DNA of 61,808 nt from Macrostomum lignano (lineage: Eukaryota). This document shows positions 58,701 through 61,808 of the stretch, in pieces (positions within the stretch are counted from its first letter, which is position 1; each line of letters opens with the position of its first letter). The notes under the pieces were generated by a model. It ran no database searches and was not told the DNA's origin. It saw nothing but the letters and a program-made list of their open reading frames with translations. Location of the stretch: assembly GCA_002269645.1 (NCBI GenBank), contig NIVC01002855.1, positions 1 through 61,808 of the forward strand, in the 5' to 3' direction. The position numbers and the translations under genes are program-made.

Positions 58701-60087
58701 TTGCTGCGTTCAGGATGGCTTCGGCAAGGCGTGTGGCCTCTGTGTTTAAGGTGGTGTCGTTGCGTTCGGATTCTGCCCAGGTATTTAGCGACTCCCTGAA
58801 GCTCCCCAGTCTGCCTTCTTATAGATCCAGCGTTTTTGCCCGCAGTGACGGGTCTTTTCCGGTGTTAGAGGCTGGGAGGCCGAAAGCGATCGGCAGGTGA
58901 TCGCTTCCCCAGTCTGGTAGCGTCTTCCAGGAGTCCGTGATGGATCCGGCAATGGTGCTACTACAGATGGTCACGTCTGGGCTACTGAGGCGGCCAGTAC
59001 TGGGCAGGTGCGTGTGTGGCAGGTGGTATTGCAGATGACGAGCCCATTGCGGGCGACCCACTCGTCGACGGTCTGGCCTCTGAGATCTTCATCAATGTGG
59101 CGGTCCCAGCTTCCGTGTGCGTTGTAGTCGCCTCCGAGGATGACTCTACCGGTAGTCGGAGATTGGTGAAGCTGGTTGCCAGGTGTTATCGGGACGTTGG
59201 CAGCTGGATGGTGGTGCATAGATAGATGCTATCACGATCGGCTGCTGTCCTTTGAGGCGGATGCGGCAGGTGGCAACGTCCAGGAGGTCGTGTTCTCTAT
59301 CGACTTTGAGTCTGTCGTACTGGACGTCATCGCGGACGAGCACCATAGTACCTCCCCGTCCTGTAATTTTTTTGTTGGTTTTGGATAGTGGACTGGGCTG
59401 GCGGTGGCGTGCTGGTGATTTCTCGTCCGGATGCACTGGTTGAACAGATTGGTTGTCTGCGCCATGCCATGGTGTGAAACGGACGCTGCAGGCGGTACGG
59501 CCTGCTGCTGCTGCTGCTCGCGCTCGACCGGTTGTAGCGCCTGCTGCTGCTGCTGCTCGCGCTCGACCGGTTGTAGCGCCTGCTGCTGCTGCTGCTGCTG
59601 CTGCTGCTCGGCTTGGTGCCACGTTGCAGGATGCGGTGACAGTGGTCGGCCATGAATAATCTCTGTGCGGCCACAGCTAGATAGGCTTGTGCGTACTCAC
59701 GTGCCTGCAATTGGTGCTCCTGCCCTTTATGGCTTTCCCTTATGCTCATTGAGCTCCGGGTGGTGGCTTCTGTAGTGCGAGCGGAGCTGCACGCACGCCT
59801 CTCTACACACACAGCACATGCCGTGACCAGCAGTAACAAATCGCTCGAAGGTCGCAAACCATAAAATATCCTCGACGCGATGATCTGGGTGTTGACTTCT
59901 AGCATGGCGTGCCAAGTTGTCTTTACGCATTTCCGCATCGCAGATGACGCAGTTTACATTGATTGATGGCATTATCACGCTGTTTGTTGAGGGTAAAAGC
60001 TTTCGCACAAATTATTTCGCAGTCATTCTACGGCACTCTTCTATTCTATGACACTCAAAAAACGTAGGAAGGGCCATAAACATTTTA
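55723..60087 (-). mobile_element. Near full-length LINE, I/Ingi-like group: C2H2 fingers - APE - RT - RNase H - CCHC, (AG)n tail, multiple frameshifts
   Basis: CVICD..LARHARSQH and CCVC..LRSHYRSHH; GGDYNAH and WGSDHLPI (APE); PQGSVLAP and YADD (RT); WTDGS, AELQAI, FTDSQAA and WIPAHCGI (RNase H); CPDCGARDTEQHILFDC. Flanked by GTAGCGCCT(G) on both sides. Confidence 0.88.
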
Positions 60088-61808
60088 GTAGCGCCTGTAG
60101 CGCCTGTCAATGCAGCGGAATTCCTATCAGCTCTATTTAAAACCACACACATAACAGCGGTCTCTTATAGCTGAGTAGCAAATTTCTGTCTATGGCCGTT
60201 ACTTAAGTGCCGGACTAGAAGCGAATAAAGCTAAGTAGCCCTAAGTAGCATTATAACCCATAGTTAATGCAAACCCTTAGTTCATTCATTCTTTCGTTCG
60301 TGACTCCAGGTCACTACAGCTTGGCAGTAGAAAAAGAGGCGCTGCTTACAATTATTTTTTATTTTACTTTCTTAGAAACAAGAAATCTATGTTTTGCTCG
60401 CTGCTCGCGCTCGGCGGTTGTAGCGCCTGCTGCTGCTGCTGCTGCTGCTGCTGCTCGGGCTCGGCCGCTTGTAGCGCCTGCTGCTGCTGCTGCTCGCGCT
60501 CTGCTGCTTGTAGCGCCTGCTGCTGCTGCGCTGCTGCTCGCGCTATTTGCAAAGCAGAAACCCCACAAATTCTGATGAAGATGAGGGCCGGTTTGAAGAT
60601 GGGGCTTCTATGGGGCTATGCACACCTTTGAGAGGTGCCTCGCACGCTTGTAGATGGGGCTTTTAGGAGGGGAATCGCACGCTTTTAAGAGGGTCTTTGT
60701 ACACCTTTGTTGAGGGGCCTCGCACGAGATGCCAATGCTTACGGGGGAATCACTTAAATATTATCAATAGTAGGCTCACGGTGGCATCGCTTATAGATAG
60801 ATAGATATCAAAATTTTTACTTGTACTTTCTTTAAAAAACGGCCATGACGCATTTAGACACTTATATTGCTTCTTGCGGTAGCGAAAATGCATGTCAATC
60901 TTTTCAGTGGGGTGAGATTTACTTAAATTTTAACTTGCGAAAAATGAGCCGATATGTAAAAGGTGACAAAGCAGGGATAGGAGTGGGTATAACAGTGTGG
61001 ACAGCAGCGATTTACAGCGGCTGACTCATCATGCGCGCGCGGGGGCCGCCAATCTTGTGGAGGGTCTCATTAACTCATTAACGCCCGCAAAGTATGGGTA
61101 TTACTATTATTTGCATAGACATTTGTGTCCTTGACAAAGACGTGGAACAAAATTAGCATTAACTGCCCGCTAATTTGCATTAAAGTAAGTTTGACTCCTG
61201 CAAGCCGGGCTTAAATGTAGTCTATGGCATTAAAAGGCAAGAATAAGTGCCAGCGGGCACAAAGGTCATGGTACAATTATGGGGTGGGTGGGCGCGCGTT
61301 ACTTCTGCCCAATTTTGGTATATGGACAGTTAATATGTACAGCTAATTCTGCGTACACCAATGCATTGAAACTTGGGGGCTGGGCGCTTATGCGTACAAC
61401 AACGGCTACGGTGAAGCGCTAATTATGCGTACTATATTGTACTGGCATATCGCTTCTGTACGACACAGTGCACACTGATTACATTTATAATTAGATTTAC
61501 ATGAGAGTTACATGCATGAATATCTCACATAATGACTTACATGAATCGAGGGTCTGGACCAATTAGAAGAGGTCTAGTGCATTTAGATAGGCGTTGAATT
61601 TGCATTTGCTCTGACACCCACCTCACCTCCAAAATCAACACTTATCTGCACGTTACGTAGTGGCTGTAGCCTTGGCTTGGCAGAGTCCCTGATGAGGGTA
61701 ATGGAGCCATGGTGGTGAGCTTGTGCCACCAAAGGCAGATGAGACAGTTTTTTGGACCCAGTAGTCCACTGACTGCTCTTCCAACTTGGGCCACCATTTC
61801 CTTTGGTT

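Noticed and set aside
59327-60631. Poly-Ala/Ser/Gln/Cys ORFs
   Set aside because: Stop-free frames of the (GCA)n minisatellite; no independent coding evidence.
1-61808. Bacterial or free viral contig
   Set aside because: Three spliced host genes, SINEs and MITEs with TSDs are interleaved with the viral genes, which carry inactivating lesions.

Overview
Intron-rich, transposon-dense animal DNA. The (GCA)n-GGCGCTAC minisatellite, short introns and repeat content suggest a free-living flatworm such as Macrostomum (inference only). Three spliced host genes were rebuilt by hand: an FLVCR-family MFS transporter (4151-6967, -), a kinase with a C-terminal death-like domain (13183-18905, -) and a clockwork orange bHLH-Orange factor (38865-40723, +). 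The rest is mostly mobile DNA: IS630/Tc1, mariner, hAT, Mutator and P-type elements, tRNA-SINEs, and a cluster of decayed Polinton/Maverick (adintovirus-like) proviruses. That cluster has three same-orientation right termini, two partial genomes of one lineage and a fragment of a second lineage. Two RNase H-class LINEs insert at the same 10-bp motif of a minisatellite; the long one carries N-terminal C2H2 fingers. The most striking structure is 23898-27465 (3568 bp): it is the base-by-base complement, not the reverse complement, of the expected sequence. It sits in register at both ends and encodes Polinton genes only when the + strand is read backwards. A processing or assembly artefact is the most likely cause, and raw reads would decide it.
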